A stretch of 40,269 bases of DNA from Myxococcota bacterium. GTDB lineage: Bacteria; Myxococcota; UBA4151. Location of the stretch: NCBI GenBank assembly GCA_036338695.1, contig JAYZBQ010000057.1, positions 1 to 40,269 on the forward strand, in the 5' to 3' direction. This document shows, in pieces, positions 8,987-18,578 of the stretch; the first letter of the stretch is position 1; each line of letters starts with the position of its first letter. The notes below the pieces were generated by a model. The model searched no databases and was not told the origin of the DNA. It was given only the letters and a program-made list of their open reading frames with translations. Position numbers and translations under genes: made by a program.

Positions 8987-9861
8987 GAGATCGGTCCTTT
9001 CCGATCGTTGCGCGGCACAAAGCGGCGCAGGTTACTCTCTTGGGGCGGGCTGCCTTGAAGCTCAGCGAGCTCGGGTCGCTCCCGCAGGGCGTCAAAGAAT
9101 CGATCCGCCTGCAAAAGACGACGGATCCCATCATGACCGCTGTCCAGCGCCGCTCGGAGGTGATCGAGCGCTTGGGCGGTCTGCCCGCGCCCAGCGGCGA
9201 CAGCGGCTCGATAATAGGCAAAGCCCGGGTGGGCTGGCTCGAGCCGCTCACCTTGATCCAGAATCTTCTCCGCCTCATCGACGAAGCCTTGATGAAGATA
9301 GGCCGCGGCGAGATCGACGGCTAACTCGGCGTTAAGCCCTTCGAGCTCCATCGCCCGTCGCAAAGGGCGCACGGCAGCGGCCCAGTCGCCGAGCTCGATG
9401 TTGAGTCGCCCCATCTCCATCCACGCATCCCAGTAGTCGGGCTCGAGCTTGAGCGCACGCTCGACCTCGACCAGCGCCTCACGGAAACGCCCGAGGTCCG
9501 ACAGGGTCATGGCGCGCTCAAGGATGACGAGCGCAGGGTGCTCATGTTGCGCCTCACTGCGCTGAAACAGATCCATGGCGACGTGCAGGCCGTCGATCGC
9601 CAAGAACTGACCGAGCCGGAGCTTGAGGTCGGCGTGATCCGGGACGCGGCGGTGCGCATCCATCAGCACCTGCAGCGCCTCGACCATCTGCCCCTGACGG
9701 ACATAGGTCTCGGCGTTCAGCAGGGTCAGCTCGAGGACGTTCGGGTGCAGCGGACACGCTTGGTCGAGCACGCGCCGGGCTTCATCGAACCACTCGCGCT
9801 CCACGAGCTTTCGCACCGTGGCGATCGCTCGATCCGCTAGCTCGAGGGACTCATCAGCCAT
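8983..9861 (-). CDS. Tetratricopeptide repeat protein
   Basis: Repeated TPR patterns (EALVEVERALKLEPDY, AVRPLRRAMELE) and C-terminal DRFFDALR motif. GGAGG SD. Its stop overlaps the ftsY start (ATGA). Confidence 0.85.
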   Translation of the reverse strand: MADESLELADRAIATVRKLVEREWFDEARRVLDQACPLHPNVLELTLLNAETYVRQGQMVEALQVLMDAHRRVPDHADLKLRLGQFLAIDGLHVAMDLFQRSEAQHEHPALVILERAMTLSDLGRFREALVEVERALKLEPDYWDAWMEMGRLNIELGDWAAAVRPLRRAMELEGLNAELAVDLAAAYLHQGFVDEAEKILDQGERLEPAHPGFAYYRAAVAAGRGQTAQALDHLRAALDSGHDGIRRLLQADRFFDALRERPELAELQGSPPQESNLRRFVPRNDRKGPIS

Positions 9862-9999
9862 CCCACCTCCCATCGGCGGCGTCGGTACTCTGGGCGGCTC
9901 AGCGGCGCAATGATGGTTTTTGATGAACCTACGCGAAGTGGCGGATCGACGCGCTCGGTGTTTTCATGGCTGATAGGAGGGCGACGACCAGGAGACCAC

Positions 10000-11289
10000 A
10001 TGAAGCGCGTTTGGCCATGGTTGATCTTCGGGCTGCTCGGTTGTGGCGGCGAGGATCCTCCAGCTGCTCCGCAAGGGCAGGTCTATTGCATCGACCAATC
10101 CGACTGCGAATCCGGCTTCGCCTGTGATAGCTGGACCGGTCTTTGCGTCTGCGCTTCCTCCGGGGTCTGCCCTGATCAACAGCTGTGCAACCCCTACACG
10201 GGGCGCTGCGAGGTCCAGGAGGATCGCTGCGCGAGCGACACCGCCTGCTCCCCGAGCGAATACTGCGGACCCGATGGTCGCTGCGCCCAGCGAAAAAGCC
10301 TGTGTGAAGCCTGTGAGAGCTCCAGCGAATGCGGCGGCGCAGACGACCTGTGTCTCCCGGGCGGCGCCTGCGGCTTGGACTGCAGCGACGACGCCGACGC
10401 CTGCCCTCCCGGCTCGATCTGCTGGCCGTTCGAGAATGCGTCGCAATGCGTCCCGGCGCTTGGCGACTGCTCCGTCCCGCCGCGCTGTCGCGCCGCCTCG
10501 GATTGTCCGCCGGGCAACACCTGCGACGATGGCGTCTGCCAAGCCCGCTGCCAGAGCGACACCGACTGTCCGGCGCAGTGGCGCTGCCTCGATGGTCTTT
10601 GTCGCGCGCCCGCTCGCTGTGAGACCGACCAGGAGTGCCCCCAAGGGACGATCTGTCAGTCTGCGCGGTGCCTCCCCGGCTGCTCGGACAACAGCGGCTG
10701 TCCGCTGGGTGAGACCTGTCAATCAGGGCGCTGCGAACAAGGCTGCGACGAACACGCTGACTGCCCGCTCGATCGTGCTTGCCAAGCGGGTCAGTGCGTC
10801 GATGAGGTCTGCACCGGAAACGACTGCGCCCTGGCGTGTCAGGTGGACCTTTTCTGCGGCCCGGGACGGCACTGCGATCGCAGGCAAGGCCGCTGTCGCG
10901 ATGGTTTACCGGGGGGCTTGTGCGTCGCGTGCAACCAGATGGTGGCTGGGCAATGCGGCACCGGCTTGTGCCTCGGAACGCCCACTCGGCGTGCGTGCAC
11001 TGGCGACCGAGACTGCGCGGCAGCCGGAGAATACTGCGACCGTGCTTACGGCTGCTTCCGTGATCGTGAGTGCCCATCCGGACAGACCTGCACGGGCGCC
11101 AACATTGCGCAAAACCAAGCCGGTAGCTGCAGCGGCGGCACCTGCTCGAACTTCCGTTGTGCGTCGGCGTGCCAGCCCGAGGCCGGCAACTGCCCGGTCG
11201 GCTTCACCTGCGAAGAGGTGCGGCGAGCTGGCGGCGGCGCCGTGATCGGGACCTACTGCCAACCCGAAGATGGTCAAGCGTGTCCGTAG
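10000..11289 (+). CDS. Cysteine-rich repeat lipoprotein (CxxDxxCPxxxxC modules)
   Basis: AGGAG SD, signal MKRVWPWLIFGLLGC with lipobox, many CxxDxDCPxGxxCxxGxC repeats. Confidence 0.85.
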   Translation: MKRVWPWLIFGLLGCGGEDPPAAPQGQVYCIDQSDCESGFACDSWTGLCVCASSGVCPDQQLCNPYTGRCEVQEDRCASDTACSPSEYCGPDGRCAQRKSLCEACESSSECGGADDLCLPGGACGLDCSDDADACPPGSICWPFENASQCVPALGDCSVPPRCRAASDCPPGNTCDDGVCQARCQSDTDCPAQWRCLDGLCRAPARCETDQECPQGTICQSARCLPGCSDNSGCPLGETCQSGRCEQGCDEHADCPLDRACQAGQCVDEVCTGNDCALACQVDLFCGPGRHCDRRQGRCRDGLPGGLCVACNQMVAGQCGTGLCLGTPTRRACTGDRDCAAAGEYCDRAYGCFRDRECPSGQTCTGANIAQNQAGSCSGGTCSNFRCASACQPEAGNCPVGFTCEEVRRAGGGAVIGTYCQPEDGQACP

Positions 11290-12056
11290 CGCCGCTCCAT
11301 GTGGTCCGGCGAGGCGATGGTCCTCCGCTCATCCTGCTGCACGGATTCTTTAGCGACCATCGCTTATGGGCTCCGGTCGTCGATGCGCTGGCGGCCTCCC
11401 ACCACTGCGTCAGCGTCGACCTCCCCGGACACGGGCGATCGGCGACCTGGCGTGGGGCTTGGACCGACCTTCTCGATCAGCTCGACGCGCTCGTCGAGGC
11501 GTGCTCGGCGCCCGTCAGCGTGGTGGGCTATTCGCTCGGTGCGCGCGTCCTAGGACAACTCCTCCAGCGGCGCGGCGCGCCCATCGACGCCGCCGTGCTG
11601 ATCTCGGCGAACCCGGGCTTTGCCTCCTTTGCGGCGGAGCAACGGCGCCAACGAGATGAAGAACTGGGCGCTCGGATGCGCGCCTTTCCGCTCCAGCAAA
11701 CGGTCGATGAATGGGCCGCTCAGCCGATCTTTGAAGGGCAAGATCGCGCGCCCACCCCAGCGCTCGAGCGCCAGCGCGCGCTCCGCCTTGACCAGAGCCC
11801 TGATGGGCTCGCCTTTGCCCTCACGCGCTTTGGCGCAGGGACCGCATCCATCGAGCATGCACCGAGCCGAGGCCGTCGCATCGTTTTGATGAGCGGAGAC
11901 CGGCTCGAGATCGACCGAGCGCGCGCTCGGGCGCTCGCAAGCCGCTGGCCGGACGCCGAGCTCTCCTGGCTCGAGGGCTGCGGGCACAATCCGATCATCG
12001 AGGCACCGGAACGGCTAAACGCTCGCCTACGCCAACTGCTTCAAACGACCCATTAA
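11280..12056 (+). CDS. menH: Alpha/beta hydrolase, MenH (SHCHC synthase)-like
   Basis: LLHGF, VDLPGHG, GYSLGAR nucleophile elbow, RRQRDE, WAAQPIF and GHN (catalytic His) are MenH-type motifs; adjacent to a menC-like gene. GTG start at 11280 is inferred. Confidence 0.72.
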   Translation: MSVAPLHVVRRGDGPPLILLHGFFSDHRLWAPVVDALAASHHCVSVDLPGHGRSATWRGAWTDLLDQLDALVEACSAPVSVVGYSLGARVLGQLLQRRGAPIDAAVLISANPGFASFAAEQRRQRDEELGARMRAFPLQQTVDEWAAQPIFEGQDRAPTPALERQRALRLDQSPDGLAFALTRFGAGTASIEHAPSRGRRIVLMSGDRLEIDRARARALASRWPDAELSWLEGCGHNPIIEAPERLNARLRQLLQTTH

Positions 12057-12103
12057 TGCCCGGAAGACTTGGCAGATCGAAGCGAACCGACTAGCCACAC
12101 TCT

Positions 12104-13132
12104 ATGGCACCGCATCACCTGCTTGATCGATACGACGATGAAGACGCAGCCGAGCGCTACTACTCGATGCGTCTGCGCCATGCGCTGCCCACGGCGCAAG
12201 GCTTGTTCGAGACATTTGATGGCCGCTGGGTCTACGCCCTGGGCGCCGATCCACACGCACCCTTCGGCGTCGGTGATGCGCCGATTCTTCCAGGCTTTGA
12301 GTCGGCTCAGGATGCGATCGACGACTTCGCGTGCGAGGCGGCTGAATTCGTCAAGGCGGCGGAGGAAGCTGAGCTGCCTTTGTATGCCCACTTGGTGAAC
12401 CTGTTCGTGGGCGGCTCCATGCCTCCACCAATGCACAGCGTCCTTATTCACGAGACCTGCAGCATCGGTCAGAGCATGGCGGCGGCGGCGCGATCCCGCC
12501 TGCGCGGCGTGCACACCCTTAAAGTCAAGGTCGACCCTGACGCCGGTCTTGAGCAGAGCCTGCGAGCGCTAGAGCGGTTGCGCGAGACCTACCCCGACCT
12601 GACACTCCGGGTCGACCTAGGAGGCGCCATGACCGAGCTGCTCGAGCTCGGGCAAAATCCCCTGCCGTGGCTCGAGCGCTTCGCTGCGCTGAACGTGGAC
12701 TATCTCGAAGACCCGGTGCGCGCCGACCTGATCGATCTGCTCCCCGAAGGCGTGGCACCGATCGGGCTCGACCTTATCGACGCCAGCGTCGAGCGCGCCA
12801 AAGAGACCATCGAGCGCGGTCAGATCCAAACGCTCATCCTCAAACCGCACCTATGCGGCTCATTCGGCAGCGCCTTTGCTCTAGCGAGGACCGCCGCGGC
12901 GCGGCACGTTAGAGTGGTGCTCTCGAGCCTCTACGACTCACCGGTCGGCATCGCCACGCTCATTCATGTGGCGGTGGCGCTTGGCCTCAGCGCCACGGCG
13001 CACGGTCTCAACACCCTGAGCCTAACCTATCCTCACCCTTGCGCAGCGCTGCGTCCTGGGCGCGATGGACGCATCCTCGTCCCGCGCGGGCCGGGCCTTG
13101 GGCTGCCCTCCGGACCTTGGATACCCTCATGA
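12104..13132 (+). CDS. menC: Enolase superfamily protein, o-succinylbenzoate synthase-like
   Basis: GDAPILPGF, TLKVKV (KxK), LRVD, YLEDP, GLD, ILKP, VVLSS and HGLNT match OSBS layout; sequence is divergent. Confidence 0.7.
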   Translation: MAPHHLLDRYDDEDAAERYYSMRLRHALPTAQGLFETFDGRWVYALGADPHAPFGVGDAPILPGFESAQDAIDDFACEAAEFVKAAEEAELPLYAHLVNLFVGGSMPPPMHSVLIHETCSIGQSMAAAARSRLRGVHTLKVKVDPDAGLEQSLRALERLRETYPDLTLRVDLGGAMTELLELGQNPLPWLERFAALNVDYLEDPVRADLIDLLPEGVAPIGLDLIDASVERAKETIERGQIQTLILKPHLCGSFGSAFALARTAAARHVRVVLSSLYDSPVGIATLIHVAVALGLSATAHGLNTLSLTYPHPCAALRPGRDGRILVPRGPGLGLPSGPWIPS

Positions 13133-13902
13133 CGGATCATGTCCTGTGCACACGCCACGAAGGCTGCGCGCACGTGGCGTTAAATCGACCGCGCGCCAAC
13201 GCGATCGGCGCCGAGATGGTCGATGGGCTCCTCGCAACGCTGACCGAGCTCGAAGGGGACAACTCGATCCGTTGCGTCATCCTGACCGGCGCACCGGGCA
13301 TGTTCAGCGCCGGGCTCGACGTCCCGCAGTTGATCGAGTTTGACCGCGCTCAAATGACCTCATTCTGGCGAGCCTTCAACAGGCTCTGCTATCGACTCTA
13401 CACCTCCGACCTGATGATCGTCAGCGCCATCAGCGGTCACAGTCCGGCGGGCGGCTGCGTCCTTGCGATCATGACCGATTATCGGGTGATGGTCGAAGGG
13501 CGCTACAAGATCGGGCTCAACGAGGTCGCCGTCGGGATCCCGATTCCTGGTGGGATCACCGATATCTACGCCTCGCTGCTCGGGGCCGCAGCGGCGCAGG
13601 ATCTCGGCTGTCGCGGCGCCATGGTCAGCCCCGACGAGGCGCTCGCCCTCGGGCTGGTCGACCAGCTCGCCCCTGCGGACGACCTGATGACGGCGGCCTC
13701 CGCCAAAGTCGCCGATTGGCTCGCCTGCGATCGCCGCGCCCAGGTCACGACCAAGCGGCTCTTTCGTCGCCGGCTGGCGCAGACGCTTGAGGCCACCGCC
13801 GAGCGCGACCAAGAGGCCTTTCTCGACCTCTGGTTCAGCGACAGCGCACAGACCACCCTCAAAGCGCTCGTCGCCCGGCTGAGCGACCGCCAACCCCGCT
13901 GA
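13129..13902 (+). CDS. Enoyl-CoA hydratase/isomerase (delta3,delta2-enoyl-CoA isomerase-like)
   Basis: FSAGLD, AISGHSPAGGC, DYRVM, IGLNEVAVGI, EALALGLVD. ATGA overlap with the menC-like gene. Confidence 0.85.
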   Translation: MTDHVLCTRHEGCAHVALNRPRANAIGAEMVDGLLATLTELEGDNSIRCVILTGAPGMFSAGLDVPQLIEFDRAQMTSFWRAFNRLCYRLYTSDLMIVSAISGHSPAGGCVLAIMTDYRVMVEGRYKIGLNEVAVGIPIPGGITDIYASLLGAAAAQDLGCRGAMVSPDEALALGLVDQLAPADDLMTAASAKVADWLACDRRAQVTTKRLFRRRLAQTLEATAERDQEAFLDLWFSDSAQTTLKALVARLSDRQPR

Positions 13903-13937
13903 CCGTTTCGTCTCAAACGCCGTCGATCCGCCACGGC

Positions 13938-13952
13938 GTGACGTTCTGTTAC
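13938..13952. promoter_or_regulatory. Putative OmpR/CpxR-family binding site
   Basis: GTGAC-N5-GTTAC direct repeat with 10-bp period (reverse strand GTAAC-N5-GTCAC, resembling the CpxR box GTAAA-N5-GTAAA), upstream of the Spy/CpxP-like gene and its two-component system. Confidence 0.4.
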
Positions 13953-14024
13953 AATTCAGCCATCATCACGTGACCTGAGTCCGTCATAAACACGGTGCGG
14001 CAATCACGCTGCGTGGAGGTCATC

Positions 14025-14498
14025 ATGAAATCGATTCCATCCCTCTTTGCGATCGCTGGCGCCCTCGGGCTCATCCTCGTCGCCCAACCGGCTGATGCCT
14101 GTCAGCGCAAAGGCCACCATCGAGCGGGCAAAGCCCATCACCTGATCAAAATGATCGTACGATCGGCAGAGCTAACCCCTGACCAAAAGCGCCAGCTCAA
14201 GGCCATGCGCAAGCAGTTCAAGCAAGAGCGGCAAGGCGTCGATAAGAGCGCCTTTCGAGCGCAACGCCAGGCGATGAAGCAGAAGATGGCTGCGGCGATT
14301 GAGTCCGGAGACAGCGCCGAGCTCGAAGAATTGTTTGCGCTCAAAAGCGAGCTGCAAGCCAAGCACCAGCGCATGAAGCTCAAGAAGCTCAGTATGGTGC
14401 TCTCGATCCTGACCGACGAGCAGCGGGCGCGCGTCGCTCAAAAAATGCGTCGCAAACACGCTCGGCGTGGCAAATGGGGCGGCGGAGACGCTGATTGA
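14025..14498 (+). CDS. Spy/CpxP family periplasmic protein (LTXXQ motifs)
   Basis: Signal peptide ending ADA, motifs LTPDQ and LTDEQ, helical and basic; GGAGG SD. Confidence 0.85.
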   Translation: MKSIPSLFAIAGALGLILVAQPADACQRKGHHRAGKAHHLIKMIVRSAELTPDQKRQLKAMRKQFKQERQGVDKSAFRAQRQAMKQKMAAAIESGDSAELEELFALKSELQAKHQRMKLKKLSMVLSILTDEQRARVAQKMRRKHARRGKWGGGDAD

Positions 14499-15181
14499 GC
14501 CTCGGAAGCCAGCTCTTAGTCGAGGACGATAGGCGCCTCGCCGACTTGCTCGGGAGTTATCTCGAGCAAGCCGGTTTTTTTGTCGACCAGGAGGACAACG
14601 GCCTGCGCGCCTCAAGACGTATCGTCAGCGAACAGCCCGACGCCGTCGTCTTGGACGTCGGGCTACCCGGAATCGACGGGCTCGAGGTCTGCCGTCGCGT
14701 CCGTGAGGACTACGCCGGAGTGATCCTGATGCTTACGGCGCGCGGTGATGAGCTCGATCAGGTGCTCGGGCTTGAGCTCGGCGCTGACGCCTACGTCACC
14801 AAGCCGACAAGCCCGCGCGTCCTCGTCGCGCGCTTGAAGGCCCTGCTGCGGCGAGCTCAAGGTGAGTGGGGCGACCCTGAGCGGATTGAGGTGGGTCGCC
14901 TGACCCTTGAGCGTTCGTCGCTGCGAGCGCACCTCGACCGACAGCCTCTGGACTTGTCTGCCCGCGAGTTCGAGTTGCTTTGGTTGCTTGCGAGTAAGCC
15001 AGGAAAGGTGATCTCTCGAGAGTCAATACAGGATGCGCTTGAGCAAGATATCGACGTCAGCGGACGCGCCGTGGACATGATGATCTCCAGGCTCCGGCAA
15101 CGGCTCGGCGATGACCCACAGAGCCCTCGTTGGGTCCGGACCGTGCGCGGACGTGGCTACCTGTTCCAGCCGAGCGACTGA
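14495..15181 (+). CDS. OmpR/PhoB-family response regulator
   Basis: LVEDD, LDVGLPGIDG, LTARG, GADAYVTKP, winged helix ending RTVRGRGY. TTGA overlap with the upstream gene. Confidence 0.93.
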   Translation: MSLGSQLLVEDDRRLADLLGSYLEQAGFFVDQEDNGLRASRRIVSEQPDAVVLDVGLPGIDGLEVCRRVREDYAGVILMLTARGDELDQVLGLELGADAYVTKPTSPRVLVARLKALLRRAQGEWGDPERIEVGRLTLERSSLRAHLDRQPLDLSAREFELLWLLASKPGKVISRESIQDALEQDIDVSGRAVDMMISRLRQRLGDDPQSPRWVRTVRGRGYLFQPSD

Positions 15182-15183
15182 TC

Positions 15184-16446
15184 ATGACCACCCTGCTCCT
15201 GCGCGGATTTTTTGCCCTCATCCTCACCGTCGCAGGCTCCATCTGGATCGGTCAATTGATCGCCAAGTCCTCGGCTCGATCGGGCGGTGCCGCACAGCAC
15301 CTCGAGGCCATCGAGCAACTCAACCTTATCGAGCGCCGCCTCCTTGACGGGCGTGGACCGCTCAAGCGTCGCGTCCGCCGCCTCAAGGCGACGACGCCGA
15401 TCCCGTTTCAGATCTGTCCGGCGCGGCGAGGTCGCAGGATTCAGAGCTATCCCGAGCACGGGGTTGAGGTCGTCACCTTCGGTAAGGGGAAGGGGCTTTT
15501 TCTTCGGCGTCAGGCATCCGGACTCGCCCAACTCGAAGGGCAGCGACGCCGCGCCAAAGCGGTCTGTCTTCCGCTACCCGGGCACAAGCGGCGCCGGTTC
15601 GTGATCAGCATCGCCTTTGGTCTGCTGGGTATGCTGATCGGTCTTGCGATGCTCTTGCTCCCGCTCGTTCGGCGTCTGCGAGCGACTGAATCGGTCGTGC
15701 GACGACTCGCCGATGGTGACTACCAGGCTCGCGTGCGTGACGGTGGCGGCGACGCGGTGGGTCAGCTGGCGGACGGCGTCGATCGAATCGGTCAACGCGT
15801 CGAAGAGCTCCTCGCTGCGCAGCGCCATCTCCACGCCAGCGTGAGCCATGAGCTACGCACGCCGCTGGCGCGCCTTGCTGCGGCCATTGACCTTGCTGAG
15901 GACCACCCCAACGAAAAGCTCTTTGAGGGGATGCGCGCCGACGTCGACGAGCTCGACGGGATGGTCAATGAGCTCCTGACTCTTGCACGACTCCAGGACC
16001 CGCACGCGCGACGAGCGCATGATCAGGTGGACCTCGCAGCGCTGACCGCACAACGCGTCGGGGCTGCTCAACGCGGCGCCACAACCGAGCTACAGTGGAC
16101 CCTCACGCTGCCACACGCTGCGCCCTGCTTCGGTGACCGGCGGCTGCTCGCTCGGCTGCTCGACAACCTGATCAACAACGCCATGCGCCATGCCAACGGG
16201 CGGGTGGAGGTTGAGCTTCGTCGTGACAAGGAGAGTTGGACGCTAACGGTCAATGATGACGGCGAGGGGATCGCCGCCGACGAGGTCGAGCACCTTTTTA
16301 CGCCCTTTGTATCCGGCGAACACGGCGGCAGCGCAGGGTTGGGACTGGCCATTTGTCGCGAAATCGCTGACCGCCACGACGCCGCGCTGCGGGTCCGGCG
16401 GAGCGAATTGGGCGGCGCCCAATTTGAACTGTTGATGCCGGCTTGA
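15184..16446 (+). CDS. Sensor histidine kinase (2 TM, HAMP, HisKA, HATPase)
   Basis: VSHELRTPLARL, NLINNAMRH, DDGEGI, LFTPF, GLGLAI. Confidence 0.93.
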   Translation: MTTLLLRGFFALILTVAGSIWIGQLIAKSSARSGGAAQHLEAIEQLNLIERRLLDGRGPLKRRVRRLKATTPIPFQICPARRGRRIQSYPEHGVEVVTFGKGKGLFLRRQASGLAQLEGQRRRAKAVCLPLPGHKRRRFVISIAFGLLGMLIGLAMLLLPLVRRLRATESVVRRLADGDYQARVRDGGGDAVGQLADGVDRIGQRVEELLAAQRHLHASVSHELRTPLARLAAAIDLAEDHPNEKLFEGMRADVDELDGMVNELLTLARLQDPHARRAHDQVDLAALTAQRVGAAQRGATTELQWTLTLPHAAPCFGDRRLLARLLDNLINNAMRHANGRVEVELRRDKESWTLTVNDDGEGIAADEVEHLFTPFVSGEHGGSAGLGLAICREIADRHDAALRVRRSELGGAQFELLMPA

Positions 16447-16481
16447 CCTATCCCGCCAGTCGTCTCCACACTTCGAGTGAA

Positions 16482-17876
16482 ATGAGCTTATTCGCTGATC
16501 GCTTCGATATCATCAAACTGCTCGGGCGAGGCGGTATGGCCGAGGTTTGGCTCGCTGAGCAAAAGGGGATCCGCGGCTTCGCCCGCCGAGTGGTCATCAA
16601 GCAGATGCTGAGCCACCTTGCAGAGGACCGCGAATTCGTCCGGCGCTTTGAAGACGAGGCGCGTGTCGCTGCGCTCATGAAACACAGCAACGTCGTGCGG
16701 GTGGAAGACTTTGGTGAGGCGAGCGGCGTCCCGTACCTCGTCATGGAATACATCGAAGGAGAGGACCTTGTGGTGCTCGCCGAGCGCGCCCAAGAGCGCG
16801 GCGAGCGGCTCCCGCCACGGCTGGTCTTGCAGATCGGAATCGACATCGCGCGTGGACTGCACGCCGTTCACCATCTGACCAACTACGAGGGCGCTCCTCT
16901 CAACGTGGTGCACCGTGACGTCAGCCCGCAAAACATCATGGTGGACTTGGAAGGGCACGCGAAACTCCTTGACTTCGGCGTCGCGAGAGCTGCCACGAAC
17001 CAGGTCAAGACGCGCGTCGGGATCCTCAAAGGAAAAATCGCTTATTTTAGCCCAGAACAGAGTCGCGGCGAGCCCCTTGATGGGCGCTCCGACCAATTCG
17101 CGCTCGGCGTGGTGCTGTGGGAGCTGCTCACCGGGCACAGGCTCTTCTTAGCGCAGACAGACGTCGACACACTGCGACGCGTGCGGCGCGGAGAAATCCC
17201 GCCTCTTCGCGACTACCTCCCCGAAGCGAGTGATCTCCTCGTCGAGTGCGTTCAGAAGGTCCTGCACCCAAACCTGCTGCAACGATTCGCCGACGGGAAC
17301 GCGCTCGCAACCCACCTCGAGCGCTGCCTTCAGGAGCTTGGCGGACGCCTCCAAGGACCTGAACTTCAGTCCGTCCTTGAGCCGTTGCTCAAAGGGAAGC
17401 GCAGCTACCTCCCGTCGGCGCCGCTTCCCGGTGCGGAAGCCGAGACCGCTTTTACGCCCGCCTCGATCGTGGCGCCACACGATCCCGACGACGAGTCGAC
17501 CTCGAGGCTGACGCCCTTCGACGAAGACCCCCTGACGCTGGTGTCTCAGCCGGGGTTCCTGGCGAACTTTGAGGACGACGACACGCTCCTCTCGAACCCC
17601 TCTCTGCGGCAGCTTGACCCCAGCGTGTTGCGCTCCATCCCTGGTACGGCGGACGCGGACGCCAAGCCGGATCAAACCGCCCAAAAGCACCAAGATCGCG
17701 ACCCCACAGTCGTCCGCCCCGAGACCAGCGGGACGGCGCCCACCCACACCGTCGATGAGCTGGCGCTCGCCCCGGAGTACAGCGAAAATGCGAGCTTTGG
17801 CGGCCCCATCTTGAGCGTCGTGCTGATGACGGTGCTCGTGGCGCTAGCGATCGGCGCGTGGATCATCCTGACCTAA
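16482..17876 (+). CDS. Hanks-type Ser/Thr protein kinase with C-terminal TM anchor
   Basis: LGRGGMAEV, VIKQML, HRDVSPQN, DFGVA, YFSPEQ; acidic linker; hydrophobic C-terminus. Confidence 0.93.
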   Translation: MSLFADRFDIIKLLGRGGMAEVWLAEQKGIRGFARRVVIKQMLSHLAEDREFVRRFEDEARVAALMKHSNVVRVEDFGEASGVPYLVMEYIEGEDLVVLAERAQERGERLPPRLVLQIGIDIARGLHAVHHLTNYEGAPLNVVHRDVSPQNIMVDLEGHAKLLDFGVARAATNQVKTRVGILKGKIAYFSPEQSRGEPLDGRSDQFALGVVLWELLTGHRLFLAQTDVDTLRRVRRGEIPPLRDYLPEASDLLVECVQKVLHPNLLQRFADGNALATHLERCLQELGGRLQGPELQSVLEPLLKGKRSYLPSAPLPGAEAETAFTPASIVAPHDPDDESTSRLTPFDEDPLTLVSQPGFLANFEDDDTLLSNPSLRQLDPSVLRSIPGTADADAKPDQTAQKHQDRDPTVVRPETSGTAPTHTVDELALAPEYSENASFGGPILSVVLMTVLVALAIGAWIILT

Positions 17877-17897
17877 CCCCATGCTCTGGAGACCGCT

Positions 17898-18578
17898 ATG
17901 AGGCGCTACGCCGTCCTGATCTTTGCTGCGTCCCTCACCTTGACCGCCTGCGCTGAGGACCCCTCAAAGGCCGTCCCTGAGGCGAAGGTCCAAGCCGTCG
18001 AGCCAGCCGCCGATAAGACGCCGGCTCAGGCACCCCCAACCCAGGCCGTCCAAGTGCCCCCCTCGGGACCACAGAGCATCGCGCTCGAGGGACAGATCAG
18101 CTTTATCGGCAGTAAAGTGACCGGCTCCAACACCGGACGCTTCACCAACTGGATTGGCACCGCAAAGCTCTCTGAGACGGGCGAGCTGACCTCGATGAGC
18201 ATCGTCGTTCAGACCACAGACGTCGAGGCGAACTTCGAGGCGCCGACCAAGTGGTCCAAAAAGCTCGAGGCGCACCTACGAGACGACGACTTCTTCGCCA
18301 GCGAAAAACACCCGACGGCGACCTTCCAGCTCGATCAGGTGCGCGCAGCGCCCGATAAGGCGACCGGCGCAACCCACACCCTCGCCGGACGCTTCACGAT
18401 CCGCGGTGTCACCAAGTCGATCCGTTTTCCCGCGACCATCACCCAGACTCGGCCGTTCTCTGCGCGCGCCGAATTCAGCATTAATCGTAAAGACTTTGGG
18501 ATGATGTACGACGGCAAGGCGGACAACTTGATTCGAGATGGCGTGGTGATGAAGATCGACCTGCGAGCCAAGGGATGA
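17898..18578 (+). CDS. YceI family lipoprotein (polyisoprenoid-binding beta-barrel)
   Basis: Lipobox LTAC, HLRDDDFF...PTATF, GRFTIRGVTK, INRKDFG. Confidence 0.9.
   Translation: MRRYAVLIFAASLTLTACAEDPSKAVPEAKVQAVEPAADKTPAQAPPTQAVQVPPSGPQSIALEGQISFIGSKVTGSNTGRFTNWIGTAKLSETGELTSMSIVVQTTDVEANFEAPTKWSKKLEAHLRDDDFFASEKHPTATFQLDQVRAAPDKATGATHTLAGRFTIRGVTKSIRFPATITQTRPFSARAEFSINRKDFGMMYDGKADNLIRDGVVMKIDLRAKG

Noticed and set aside
12092..12094. Amber (TAG) recoding in this genome
   Set aside because: TAG terminates conserved genes here at their expected ends (rny, ahcY, guaD, tdh), so the standard code applies.
13129..13902. Crotonase-fold gene next to menH/menC as a possible menB
   Set aside because: It lacks the MenB signature (FCSGGDQ) and has enoyl-CoA isomerase-type motifs (FSAGLD, PAGGC, IGLNE).
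1423..17876. Two similar Ser/Thr kinases as a novel system
   Set aside because: Expanded Hanks-kinase families are well known in Myxococcota, and both copies have intact catalytic motifs.
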